From Azolla caroliniana (Eukaryota > Plantae > Polypodiophyta): a stretch of DNA of 64,000 nt. The notes under the pieces are model-generated. The model had not been told where the DNA came from and did no database searches. It worked only from the letters and a program-made list of their open reading frames with translations. Location of the stretch: positions 21,328,001 through 21,392,000 of the forward strand of contig JBHGNT010000007.1 in assembly GCA_043228905.1 (NCBI GenBank). The letters run 5' to 3'. Position 1 is the stretch's first letter. The number at the start of each line of letters is the position of its first letter. This document shows, piece by piece, positions 38,401 through 51,194 of this stretch. The position numbers and the translations under genes are program-made.

Positions 38401-40834
38401 TCAAGGATAAGGAACTCTACACAACAAGCCTGTGTATATAGTAACATGTATCCATCATCAGACTTAGAGAGATATATATGAAACAAAGATCCTGTGATTT
38501 TAAGAATACTTACATAGAGTTCAAAATACAACGCAATCTGTTTGACACCCAAGCAATATGTTATATTAGGATACATCCTTGAAGAGCAAATCTATGCCAG
38601 AACTAGAAAATGAGGAAAAAAGCACCACTAACTTGTTGGGAATTTAATAACAGAATAACCCTACGTTTTCAAACAAATCACCAGAAATACCCTTTTTAGC
38701 ACAAAATTGTGCTACTTAATGGGGCTATTTCTTCTAGCTTTTGAGAAGCTGGGGGTATTCTTGTAGCTTTTTGAAAACTCAGGCATATTCTGGCATATAT
38801 CAGAACAGTTGGGCGTCGTTTGAGTATTTCATCCTAGATAATCAAAACACTCACAGAAATGAGGAGCCGACCAGTTTTCCCAAATGCAGCCTGTCCAATG
38901 TCCGGATATGTTGCAAGACCCTCTTGGCTGTCTAAGCACCTTCGAAGAAGAATCCCCGTGTACCAAGACACAACGGCAAAAATGAGGAGAATCCCAATAC
39001 CGAGCCAACCGCCTTCTCTCAAAGCGTACGGAGTGGTCAATACCCCAACTCCACACAACACGTTTACGCCTGTATTTCACAAAGGTACAGAGGCAATCCA
39101 TTATTACATGCTAAAGAAAAATGTAAAAGCATGATCTTTTACAAGGAATGCAATTTGGGGGAAGTGGAAAGAGGTAGGAATAGCATGCTACTATATTCCC
39201 TGGGTTATCCCACTATCTTTAGCCCTATGCTAATGATAGCCCCTTATCTAACCTTCAATAACTAGGCTTCATGTAGACCCCTATAAACTTCATATATATC
39301 TAGGCGAAGTGCCAGTTTAGAAATGTATGAATGAGAAACCTATGACCGATAAAAGTTCACAGTATGAACATTGCCAAGATATTTACATATCATACACTTT
39401 TGATTCTATTGACATATCCCCATTGATACAATCTAACAAATTATTGCTTACAGATTCGCACTCTTCATCTTCTAAATTTTTTTAATTATCAAACAGTACA
39501 TAAACAGGATGATGTCGTGGGAGAAAAGCTTTATGGGTTTCATGTCTCAGGCAATGTGTCAGTATCTTGTGTTTGCTAAAAACTATCCATGTGCACATTA
39601 CCTTTTTTATTCCAGACAAAATGAAATGGCATTAGGTTTGGGAAAAACCAAAAGCTGTTTACCATTTAAGACAGCTTGGGTTGCACTGCATCCTTGAGGT
39701 ATTGGGGCATGGATATCTTCTTTGCTGATAAATGAGGAAGACTTTGATGAAACTACACTAGCTGGTTCATATAGAAGAGGCTCCCCTTTCTTGTCATCTC
39801 TGGTGGGTAAAAGTGGAGTAATTTGAGGTCTTATTCTCTCAACTGATTGCCGCCTCCTGAACGAACCCGAGACGTAGGATGCTGCACTCAAACGAGAAAG
39901 CCCCGGGCTTAAGAAATTTGGTGATGCCAAACTACTGTATGCATCCATCGATTGCCTAAAAATTCATGCCAACGTTTTTAATTGGTTTTCCACATTTTAA
40001 TATAAGAGACTTAAAATGCTTCCAAGAAATCAAATGATGCTTTAAGGAGCAAAAACAGATTCTTTACCCTAAACATTGTGTTTTAAAGGGACAAAATAGA
40101 ATCCTAAACACTACATTGTCTGCTTTAAAGGCCAAATCATATTCCCAAACCCGAAAAACCTATGCTTTTCAAGGGTCAAAAACAGAGTCCCAAACCCTGT
40201 GCTTTAACGACCAAAGCAATAATCATAAATATTACATACGTTATTCAGCATATGATAAAAAGTCTGTGATGGATATGTACTGTGACCATGGAGATCAAAT
40301 CTGCCCCATTAGCTGTCAACAATATTATCTTTTGCAATCAGTCTAGAATTCTATCAATGATATGATTAGAATCCAATACTTCATTCAACCAGAGATTTGA
40401 ATTATATCAATCCTGCCAATAAATGAGATTCACTCAAAGGTTGAGGTATCATGAGCTTTATCATTGGATTGCCATTGCATTGTCATTGGTATCATTGTCC
40501 AACGCATGACATGCATTGCGGTTTATAAACAACAAGAAGCAATACAGGAATTGCTAAGAATGAGCAAAGTGAAGAAAGGAAAAGCAATTCGGACCTTGTT
40601 AAACAAATTAACAAGCATATCATCAGTAGAAATTGTAGGCTTTTTGTATTAAAGAGCGATAAGGATGTACACATACATACAGACACACATAAACAAATAT
40701 ATAAAACATATACCTATAGACATATACACACAAACATAAATATATATTCAGTCTTACATATTGATGTACATAACATACTACATAAAATATGTGATTCATA
40801 CACATATAATCGCATATCCATACATTATATATAG

Positions 40835-40866
<32 letters not shown>

Positions 40867-41146
40867 GGATATGCAATTATATGTGTATGAATCGTGTATA
40901 TATATGTAAATATGAAGTACATTTATACACATATTTATATACGTATAGCTAGTATGTGTGTGGTAAGACTTACTTGTAGCTCTGAGGCCAAGCTGAAGTT
41001 TGGCTGAAAGATTCAAGAGAGGAGGGAATGCCTCTGCCATGGGATTGGGGAGGAGAAGGAGGGGGGGAGGCATCAGAGCTTTGGTCATCCTGGTCACTCA
41101 ATAAGATTGGCCCATGAAATGTAGAGAGAGACTCATTCTTCCTCAT
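35474..41146 (-). CDS. AVT1: AVT1-type vacuolar amino acid transporter (Aa_trans), 12 exons, ~539 aa: 40974-41146, 39663-39955, 38855-39069, 38514-38537, 38249-38429, 37489-37708, 37241-37376, 37098-37117, 36549-36700, 36301-36344, 35829-35891, 35474-35572
   Basis: WPQSYKQSMD, QAVLNGVNVLCGVGVLTTPYA, TYPDIGQAAFG, GFCYSGHAVFPNIY, VNPFTKYAL. Exons sum to 1620 nt in frame when one AT-AC intron is used. Confidence 0.9.
36701..37097 (-). other. U12-type AT-AC intron in AVT1
   Basis: 5' site ATATCCTTTT, branch TTCTTTAAC (36719-36727), 3' end AATAC; restores T-K-Y-A-L. Confidence 0.88.
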
Positions 41147-41329
41147 ATTTTGATGGTGATGATGAAACAATAAAGCTTTGTGCAATATGTGCAGGGTTGA
41201 GGGAAGAGGAGAGGAGAGGGCCAAGAGGAAAAAAAGCACCTAAACTGGGAGAGAGAGAGAGAGAGAGAGAGTGTGTGTGTGTGTGTAGAGTAGTAGGCTT
41301 TCCTATAGGTCATGTAATTAATACTCCTG

Positions 41330-42215
41330 AGAGAGAGTATATACGGATATAATACTCTGGTTTAGATAGAGAAAACAATGTATTGTGTGCAATACAACAC
41401 TCTGTTTTAGAGAGAGAGAGAGAGAGATACAATACTCTGCTTTAGAGAGAGAAAGAGAACTAAGCTTATAGATATACATAGACGGAGAGAGCAATACATA
41501 TAATACACTGTTTTAGAGAGAGAGAGAGAGAGAGATACAATACTCTGCTTTAGAGAGAGAAAGAGAACTAAGCTTATAGATATACATAGACGGAGAGAGC
41601 AATACATATAATACACTGTTTTAGAGAGAGAGAGAGAGAGAGAGAAATAAGCTTCTGATATACAAAGAGGGGGAGAGCAATATAATATGTACATACTCTG
41701 TTTTTGAGCTAGAGAGAGAGAGAGAGAGAGAGAACTAAGCTTATAGATATACAAAGAGGGGGAGAGCAATACAATACTCTGTTTTAGTGAGAGAGAGAGA
41801 GAGAGAGCACTAAGTTTATAAGTATACAAAGAGTTGGAGAGCAATACAATACTCTGTTTTAGAGAGAGAGAGAGAGAGAGAGAGGGAGGGAGAGAGGGAT
41901 ATACATACAAAGAGAGAGAGACACACAAGCAAACACACAAATGCTAATACAATACTCTATTTTAGAGAGAGACACACACACACACACACACACAAATTGT
42001 AATACAATACTCTGTTTTAGAGAGAGAGACACACACACACACACACAAATGCTAACACAATACTCTTGTTTTAGAGAGAGATACACACACACACACAAAT
42101 GCTAACACAATACTCTTGTTTTAGAGAGAGATACACACACACAAATGCTAACGCAATACTCTTGTTTTAGAGAGAGACACACACACAAACAAACAAACAA
42201 ACAAACAAACACACA
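41330..42215. repeat. Compound minisatellite upstream of AVT1
   Basis: Recurrent caatactctgttttagagag core with variable (GA)n/(CA)n; ~110-bp and ~48-bp higher-order units. Confidence 0.9.
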
Positions 42216-42531
42216 AATGTTTTATACATGCCCCGGGGAAGCATTAGGTGCCAGTTTGGTAAGTGGCTCTGGGTGTGCATGAGAATTTTTCCGTCAAATA
42301 ACTTCGCAATCGGGACCATGCATTGTGCCAGAGAGTCCTCTTTGGTGCCACCGCTTTCTCGCCTCACATAGAAGAGACCCAAAGCTAAGTAAGTCTTTAT
42401 GGTAGCAGATTGCGGACAAGCCAATGGAGCTCCTCGTAGAAAAGAAGAAGAAAGGAATTGTCAATCATTTTCTAAAGCTGCCTATGAAGAGAAAAAGAGT
42501 GAGGAACTAACATACAAAACAGTCTTTTCGT

Positions 42532-42655
42532 GTCCATAAAGAGGTCATAGTTTCATTTTTTAAAACAATGAGAGAGTGTGACTGAATACTTTGTCCATAA
42601 AGAGGTCATAGTTTCATTTTTTAAAACAATGAGAGAGTGTGACCGAATACTTTGT
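42532..42655. repeat. ~61-bp tandem duplication
   Basis: gtccataaagaggtcatagtttcattttttaaaacaatgagagagtgtgac.gaatactttgt twice. Confidence 0.9.
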
Positions 42656-44512
42656 TCCACAGAGGGATTAAAGAGAAGAAGACAAGGATGTGTCATGACA
42701 CTTGTTTTGGAGACTCGAGCGGCAGAGAGCATGAACTCGAGATAAATGTGTACTTTTTTTTTTGTATTCATTCAATGATATCTCCTTTCCCTTCCTAATA
42801 CTTGTTTACCAACACTTTCTTTTATGCACGAGTCAGAGTGTTGTCAGAGTGTCATGAGAGATCAATCCTTTGGTGCTTAATTAAGATAAGCCTTTGCTTT
42901 CTCAACCAATCGACAAAGACCATGTGTATATGAAGAAAAATCCCGTCACTTAATTAATTTTAAGGCATCCTTAAGAGAGAAGAAAGCATTTCTTACGATA
43001 TAAAAAGCAATTGAATTAAGAGAATGAGTGAGCATCCAAACAAGCCAATGGACACTCCAGTGTTCGAGGAAAATATAAATTTTGGTAGTGTTGGGTTGTT
43101 CACTTCCTTGACCTGTTGCGGACTACCACCTACCCGAAAAGAAGCTCATTCGAGATATTTTTAAAGGGAAAAAAGCATTATTTGGGCATTTTTAGCAAGT
43201 TTAAAGAGAGTGTACACACCTATTATTAACTTGGTTGGAATTGAGGAATATTGATTTTAATGCCACGAGTACACTCTACCTAAAGAGTGGAAAGTGTAAA
43301 TCAAATTTCCAATGGATCCATGGTAAACAAAAGTATAGTCGTGGGTCTTAAATGATGTTCTCGCACAAGCTCACCATGAGTTTGACGTGACAAAAATTTC
43401 AATGGTGAGATAATGATCGCACCTCATCCAAACATTATTATGGGTCTCAAACAAAGAGCATGATGTTGTGTTAACTATAAACTATACAAAAATAGTATAT
43501 GACATTTGAGACCCCTTGAAAATAAACATTTAAATGCAAATTAGTTTTTACTGGAAGATTTTGTTGAACATTGGGTCGCCAGCATTGTGAAGTGACTGAA
43601 AGTGGTAAGCTTTTTTCAAGAAGCATAAAATTAGAGGGGGAAGAATATATAGAAATTTAAGACGATTATATCATACCATCCTCTTGTATGAGCCATTTAG
43701 GCTGAAAAGCCAATTTTCTTAAGCTCACAAAATGAAGTATTCTCATTACCTTGAACCACATTCTTACACTCTTTGATTTGTGAATGGTATTGTCATTGGT
43801 AGGTGTGGAGATTTGTTTTTTCACTCGTTGATTTTCTATGCATGCATGAATTAATGGGAAATGATAGATAAAATATCAAAATTTTTATGTAAATGTATTA
43901 AATATTATGTTGGACAGTTTTCTCTTCACATGTAAAATGTAGCTAATTAGTCAATTCGATATTTTAGACTACCTTTTGGTGAATGATGACATCTTTTAGA
44001 TGATACAGGTGTAGTCATCCCAAGTAGAAATGGAGACAAAAAAAGTATCTTATTTTAGGGTTGCTCGAGTGAATGGTTTCCTCATCGCCCATTAATATGG
44101 GTGATGGAAGCCACACATAAACTTGTATTTTGCATTAAGTAGAAAGTATAAGAAGGACATGTACACAGTCTTATATTATTGAACTCGGTTAGGGGGTGAT
44201 TCCCGATTTATATATAAGCCACCTTGTATAGTCTTTCTGTAAAAATTCTCTCCTAACTAATGGAAAAGCAGCTATTTTTTGGAAAAAACAAACTTGCATT
44301 TTGCATAATTGTTTCTAGGCTTGAGGATATCTCAGCATCATCCTAATCTCGTTTGTCTATGCATCAAAATCATTCAAGTTTTGGCTTGCAACGTTAATAT
44401 GAATGAATAGATTATATGTGAACTCTAACAACCAATAATAACCAAGATTCAAATCTCTCTCATTAACCGTGTTCATTTTAAATAAATACAACTGCAATAT
44501 TTAATCAACTTG

Positions 44513-44966
44513 AGTGTTTGTGATGTCCTCTTACATGAAATTTATTCGAGTTCCTTGGGATATTGAAATGTCAATTGGTCTTCAAGAATTTCTCTCAGAG
44601 GGTTGTAAAGGGCACAATAGGGTCCATTTAAAGTCCCAAGGTTCACCTTATGGTGTAGAGGAGTTCTTCGTAGGCAATCTAAAAGGTCCAACTCTCTATC
44701 TTTGTGATGTATGCCATTTTATTGAAAAAGGTTCACTTAAGTGTTTGTGATGCCCTGTTACGTGAAAATCATTCGAGTTCATTGGGATATTTAAAATTTA
44801 AATGTCAATTTGTCTTCAACATTTTCTCTCGTAGGGCTCTAGAGGGGACAATAGGATCTATTTAAAGCCCCAAGGTTCCCCTTATGGTATAGAGGAGTTC
44901 GTCATAGCCAATCTAAAAGGCCCAACTCTCCACCTTTGTGATGTAGGCCATTTTACTAAAAAAGGC
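44513..44966. repeat. ~227-bp diverged tandem duplication
   Basis: agtgtttgtgatg..ttcgagttc..caaggttc..gaggagtt..caatctaaaagg..ccatttta at 44513 and 44740. Confidence 0.85.
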
Positions 44967-45599
44967 CACAAAACCTTAGGTATGCTAATGAAAATGAAAA
45001 ACTTAGGTATTTTGTAGCTGATATGCTTTTTAAAACTAATGGAAGGATATGTTTTTGAAAAATGAAAAAACTTAGATGTTAGAGAGTTTGTATAGCAATT
45101 TCATGGGAAAAAGTGATTTTTGTTGTTAAAGTAACTCATACATAGAGTGTTTTTTGGCACCTTCACCTAGCTCAAATGCCGTTAAACACAATCATCCCAG
45201 TACTATATGCACTTTTTTTTCCCAAAAAAGTACTATATACACTTAATACAAATTGTAAAAATTAAAATTCATTTTCATGCAATGTATATGGTTATGGCGA
45301 CACGTGCAATTGCCATATTCCCAAACCATAAACTATACAAATGTTTTGGTGGTTTTGTAAAATTTGTATGGAATAGAATGTCATTGTGGAGTTTTAAATT
45401 CTATCCAAAACTTAGATTTGACTCATATTGTTGACTAGTAATGCCTCTATAGCTAAACATGTTATATTTACACAATGAATTGATGAAGTGCAACCTAATT
45501 TGCTATGGCACTACTAAATACTTGTATCCTCCACGACTAGAAACTTGATAATGTCCCTTTTTTGCATGTTAGTGTATGCAAAACCACTACTTGATGGAA

Positions 45600-46100
45600 A
45601 AAACCTCTCGTCAACTGCTTGGTCTACTGTTATGAATTTCTATGTCAAACACTATCAATAGTTCATAACATAAAATGTTTATGGTGGAAATGAGTCTGAG
45701 ATCCACTATTTTTGTGTTTTGATTAACATTATTTAACTTAGATGTAAATTTACTTTCCCATGGTTCTCTTTTATTTATTAAACTGAATTTGCGGCTTCAA
45801 TTATTATGTGGGAGGCGAGACATGGATGGGTCCACTAGAGGAATGTGCATGGATGAGGTTTGTTCTAGCATTCAATCATAACATGCTAAACATAGAAAAT
45901 AGTTGAACACATTCAATATTAAGAAATTGACTAGGTTCAATGCATTCATGTGGTGTTAGCTTGTCACCTTATTATATTGCAACTACATTTGATAGGTTGA
46001 ATAATGTTGTTTGCCTCACTATGTGGATACATATCATCATCAACTAGTCAGTTCCTTAGATAAAAACAAAGGAATTTGATATCGATATAGAAAAAGTAGA
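45600..46100 (+). mobile_element. Possible ancient LINE RT remnant
   Basis: Degenerate CGVSLSPLLYCNYI near 45950 resembles the GCPLSPxLF RT motif; heavily decayed. Confidence 0.25.
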
Positions 46101-46569
46101 AAAAGAGAAGAAAACAATAATGTTCATATAATGGAAAAGCAAATCCAACCATGGACAAACATGTTGGTAGATATGTGCCAATGCATGAAATCAAATGTTT
46201 TTGGATCATAGACCACCACTATTTGGGATATTATATTTGATAACTATGATGGCACCATAGTTTGATGTCCATTCTCTACAAGCTAATTCGAAATTGGAAG
46301 AAATTCCATCAACACATGCATTGGACTAAAATGAAAGAAAGATATATTAACGCCTTCTAGAACAAGATGAAGATATACTAGTTCAATGCAAGTGAACAAG
46401 ATTCATTGGAGTCATCTTTACTATTCTACAGTAATGGATCTAGAACCCATATGATCTTCTTTCATTTCTAAAAGAGTCCGTATTAGATCAAGGACTTGAG
46501 TAACAAATGATGACCATTTCGTAAAGTGATTGAACTTTGGATGTAGTTCTATACAATGGAATAGATTAA

Positions 46570-46850
46570 CTAAATATGTGTGACAAAGTTATGAAGAAAT
46601 AGAGAGTCAAAGCAAGAGAAAATCATGCAATGAAGACAACATTATATATATATAATATAATATAAATAGAGTCACCCTCTCACTAGGTGTAATATGACAA
46701 GGGAGTGCGATATATATTATCCTTTCTCACATTGACTATTTCTAACAAGGAGGTGAACTTTATTAATGTACACGGGTGAAACTATTGGACATGTGTTCAT
46801 GCATGGATACAATTGAGCTTTGTTCTCAACATGCCCTTTTAAGCTCAACT
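46570..46850 (-). mobile_element. Degenerate family A-like LTR with PPT remnant
   Basis: gtcaccctctcacta and ttgagctttgttctcaacatgcccttttaagctcaact match the 50700-51140 pattern. Confidence 0.5.
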
Positions 46851-47699
46851 ATGTCATATCATCTAGCCAAGACTAAGCTTGGATAGTTTTTACTTTTTCT
46901 GTACCCACCCTCAAGTGGTTATAAGCAACTATTGTAAAAAAAGATCCAAGCTTGTTCCTAGTTCAATTGTTTGTCAATAAATGTGGATAGCTTGAAGATC
47001 AATGTTTATGCCTATGATTCACCCTCAAATGAATTGGTAGTGCACCTTAGATAAGTACCTACCTTATGTAGCATGACCAACAATCATATACACATTGGTA
47101 GTAAGGATGCAGGTGTAGGACCAAGAGAGATGGTTTTAGAGTTAACGCCTTTATGGCCACTCAGCTATGAAAGAAGGCAATAGGTGAAAGCATGGAAATG
47201 GAACAATTAGTTATTTTGTCTCTATGAACATTATCCAGACGTTATGTCAAATAAGGGCATAAATAAATGTGTACTAGAAATAAAAATGTTAATGTTAGTA
47301 TATTAATAGCATACTAAATCCCAAATTCATTTCAATGCCCTAGGATTTGATAAATCATAACGTTTGTAGTGTCTCCAAGTTCCTATTGTTTTTGTTTGAT
47401 CTTTCATTGCTCCTACTTAACACCATCATTGTTGTTTGTTACGTGTTTGCCTCATCATAGATCTTTACTCTGTAAGTAAACTGTTTTTCAGAATACCACA
47501 ATGTAATATAGTGCTTTCATGTTGACTCTTCTTATGTTCACAACTCTTGAGCAGTGCCAAAAATCTGAAGTCTTTGTCCTCCGTTTTCATTCATAATTAC
47601 ATGTCAAGCCATCTATTTTAAGGAAAATATAGTACAAAGACATTTCTTTTGTTACTCACATTGATGAGTTAGCATAAACAGAGTTTACACCTATCAGAC

Positions 47700-47945
47700 C
47701 CTAAACGTGGAAAACCCTAAAAGGGAAAAACCACAGGAGTCCACAAACTCCAAACTATATCATTATGGTAGGAGGAATACATAGAAAACTCTAAGGCAAC
47801 AACCTTAAGCTCCTCTTCGTTAGGCGACGGTTACAATAGAGTTACAACACACTCACACTCTTTCTACTACTCTATAGTTACACACATTGATGCAACTACT
47901 TCTACATAATAATGATTTGCCCTAGGTGTATTTATACTCATACAC
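47700..47945 (-). mobile_element. Degenerate LTR fragment homologous to LTR D (49630-50273)
   Basis: acgtggaaaaccctaaaagggaaaaaccac..gtccacaaac and tgccctag..tatttatac are reverse complements of LTR D blocks. Confidence 0.65.
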
Positions 47946-48295
47946 AATAAAGGCTATTTACAAATATACCCCTGAGTTGGCTTCGATTGATTCGGCTATT
48001 AGCTGGATCACTAAAGTTATGTTCCTGCCATGTACACTTCCTTTTTGATCATCATTGGCTTCTCTTTTACCATCAGTGCTCATGGATGTTATGTGTTTCA
48101 TCCTACATACATCATGCATGTCAATAGACCTCCACTTTGGTATCACTCATTATACTTCCTTATCCTTGCTAGCTTTCCTTGCCAACTTCATCTGCCTCCT
48201 ATCATTAGTGTCCAATTATTCATTGCTCCTACATGTGGTCAATTATTCATTTCTCCTATCATTGGTGTCCAATTTTTCATTGCTCCTACATTGCA

Positions 48296-49918
48296 ATTAT
48301 TATTATTATTTTAAAAACAAAACTACACCATAGTTTCCATTACCAATCCAATAAGCGTATACAAAGCATATAATGATACAATGTAGTGGAGGGTAAGATA
48401 AGAGAGAAAAGTTATATCCCCCACTATGTGATAATTGAAACCAAACTCCACCTATGGAGGAAACAACCATTGAGGGGGTACATATTGCCAAACCATTTTG
48501 TCATTTCTCTCCACAAAGATGAACAAATCCTTCCACTTGCCTTTAAAGAATTGTTGTTTTAGAAAAATGGTATCTTCATTACCAGTGAAGAAGTCATATT
48601 AACCTTTTAAAATTGAAATAAGCATCGACCAAATTTCCTTCACACAATGAATAGGAATTTGCTTTATTTGCTGAAACACAATTTTGCATCGATCTATCCA
48701 AATATTCCACAGAACCACTGATGATATCGTAGCCCATACTGTGGCATCCACATTAAACCGATTTGAGCTTGAATATGGTATGTCCTTAATTTGCCTTCCC
48801 CTAGTTTGAATGGTAAATAATATCTTTTCCCTTTCATAATTATGGTTATCCACATTTACATCCATCCAAAAGACATTTCCCCATGTAATCACATTAGGGC
48901 CACACGCAACATCAATGAGGCACAACATACGTTTCCAAATAGAACATGCAGCCATGTAGTTCCATAAAGCATGTTGCATTGATTCCAAATGAAACTTGCA
49001 AAAAGAGCAAGTTTTGATTCCCTCTTCTCTATGCATCCACTCTAAGACTAGAAGTGCATAGTGGACACATAACCATCTAAATGTAATGATTTTGCGAGGA
49101 ATCTGTAGAGCTCACAACCATTTCCAAAATGCCAATATTGAATGCATAGGAATACTATTACTTAACCATACCTTAGCTGCAATCGGCATATTAACTGGAT
49201 TCCTCCTTCGTTGGAATTCCCTACCTAATTTTACAGAGCAGTCAAAGAAAGAAACCATCTTACCATTAGTATCTCTCCACCACCATTCCGTTGGATCCCA
49301 CTCTAACTCCAATAAGGGTTTACTACCACAAACCCAAATATCCCATAAAGGGTTTACATTTTTAGTATGGGGATCAATAATACATACCTTCCTTGTTTTT
49401 GCAACAACCCTAATAGGCTTCCACTCCACTAAATTGAGAAGGTCATCCTCCATAGAGACCCATTGCAATTTTCCCTCTGAAACTATTACATATACTAAGA
49501 AGGATTCGTTAGTATAAGCTCTTGCTCCAATCAAGACATTAAAAGAATTTCCCTGTGTATTCTAACCTTGAATCTTCTACATAGAGCACCACCTAATCCT
49601 TGCACATTCCATGATAGCACCGAAACATTTGTTGGGAAACAGGTCCCTCCGGATGGGAAGAAAAGAATGAACCAAATCAGATGGAATCAACGGCTTCGAC
49701 GGAAAATGGAAAACGGAAATAGAAATCGAAAATTGATTATATAACCGATTCGGGAGACTATATTTCTAAATAGTCTAAATGTGCCCCATGTGGGTTATAT
49801 TTGTAAATAGCCAGAAAGTTGTATAAATATATATACATCTAGGGCAACCATTATGTAAGTGTGTGTGTAGCTCATCGTTATTGAATAATTACACTGTGGC
49901 AGTTGACTTTGTAACTAG

Positions 49919-49993
<75 letters not shown>

Positions 49994-50699
49994 TAGTAGT
50001 AGTAGCTCTACCGCCGTCTATTAGATGAAGACGAGGTTGAGGTCGTTGCCTCCGAGTCTCCTTGTACCCCTCTCCGTACACTTAGTGATTCGTTTCTTGG
50101 GGTTTGTGGACCCCCGTGGTTTTTCCCTTTCAGGGTTTCCACGTAAAATATCCCGTGTCTTTGCTCCCTGTTTTTTGGTACTTCTTGTTTTTTGTTTGTG
50201 CACTGCCTTTCTCGATTCTTTGCACCCAAACATACATATGAGAAACCGGTTGTAGCCGGTTCCGATCCCAACAAACTGGTATCAAAGCGATGGACAATCA
50301 TTTCAGTGGAATGTTCAAGTTAACCGGCTCCAACTACTCAATGTGGAAGTTGAAGATGCGGGATATGCTCATGTGCAAAGACCTGTGGTTGCCGGTGCAA
50401 TACGACAAGACCAAGCCAGACAAGATCGATGCATCGACTTGGGAAGTGTTGCATCTGAAGGCCGCAACATAACATATCACATAGTTATCAGGGTATCCAC
50501 ATTGTTCTTCTCTTCTTCCTTTTGAGAACTCTCCTCCAAAATTTGTCTAGTAGTATTTACTCCACATAGGCTGGTAACGGGAGGGTTCTCTAGTAGCTCA
50601 TAATCGAAATCAATAGGCTCCCTAGGTTCACCAGCTAATGGTGGAATAGGTTCACGAGATGTAGATTGAAAATGTTTGTAAATAATCAGATATGATTCT
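48296..50699 (-). mobile_element. Internally deleted L1-type LINE, interrupted by copia D
   Basis: APE start VSVLSWNVQGLGG at ~49585-49628; zf-RVT-like CSFCKFHLESMQHALW..WNIWIDRC..VF; stop at 48452; (AAT)n tail ~48296-48312. 50471-50699 is an open frame ending TGA, probably the ORF1 end. Confidence 0.7.
49630..50470 (+). mobile_element. Truncated copia D: 5' LTR 49630-50273, PBS 50277-50288, gag start 50290
   Basis: Termini TGTTGGGA..TCCCAACA; TGGTATCAAAGC PBS; MFKLTGSNYSMWKLKMRDML gag N-terminus; (GA)n at 49921-49992 inside the LTR. Confidence 0.88.
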
Positions 50700-51194
50700 T
50701 GTGTAGCGGAAGAGATGTGTGAGAGGAAAGAGACGAGACAAGAGAAAACACAAGATAGATTAGATAGAAATGGAAAATAGAATACTCAAGAAGAAGGTGT
50801 ATATTCACAAGGAGAATATGAATTACAAAATGTAGCAATGTTACAAGGAGTCACAACCGAGTTAGTATGAAGTAGGAGAAGGGTGCTTTATATAAGGTCA
50901 CCCTCTCTCTTCATTAACTCACTACAACTACTCTCTCTTGGGGAATGTGAAGACACATAGTCATGTGGAATATGGAACTCATTAGTTATGTGCCATAGAA
51001 TATTATTCTATGACACATAGTTAATGTGTAGAGGTAGTGGTGTGACTCTTGACCTTTGAGTGATCATAGATTCTCAAAGGGTGTGTTCACACGTTGCATT
51101 AGGTTGAGCTTGATTCTCAACATGCCCCCTCAAGCTCAACTCGGGTCGGTTCCTTTCGGTTGATCTCCGCTTCGGCTAGTATCCGGTTCGGACA
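50700..51194 (-). mobile_element. Family A copia 3' LTR (50700-51122), PPT and short internal stub
   Basis: TG..CA termini, homology to 2533-2891, PPT complement tgccccctcaagctc at 51123-51137. Confidence 0.85.

Noticed and set aside
41330-42215. Repeat-spacer array or ORFs 41407-41940 and 41859-42098
   Set aside because: The variable parts are just (GA)n/(CA)n; the ORFs are translated microsatellite.
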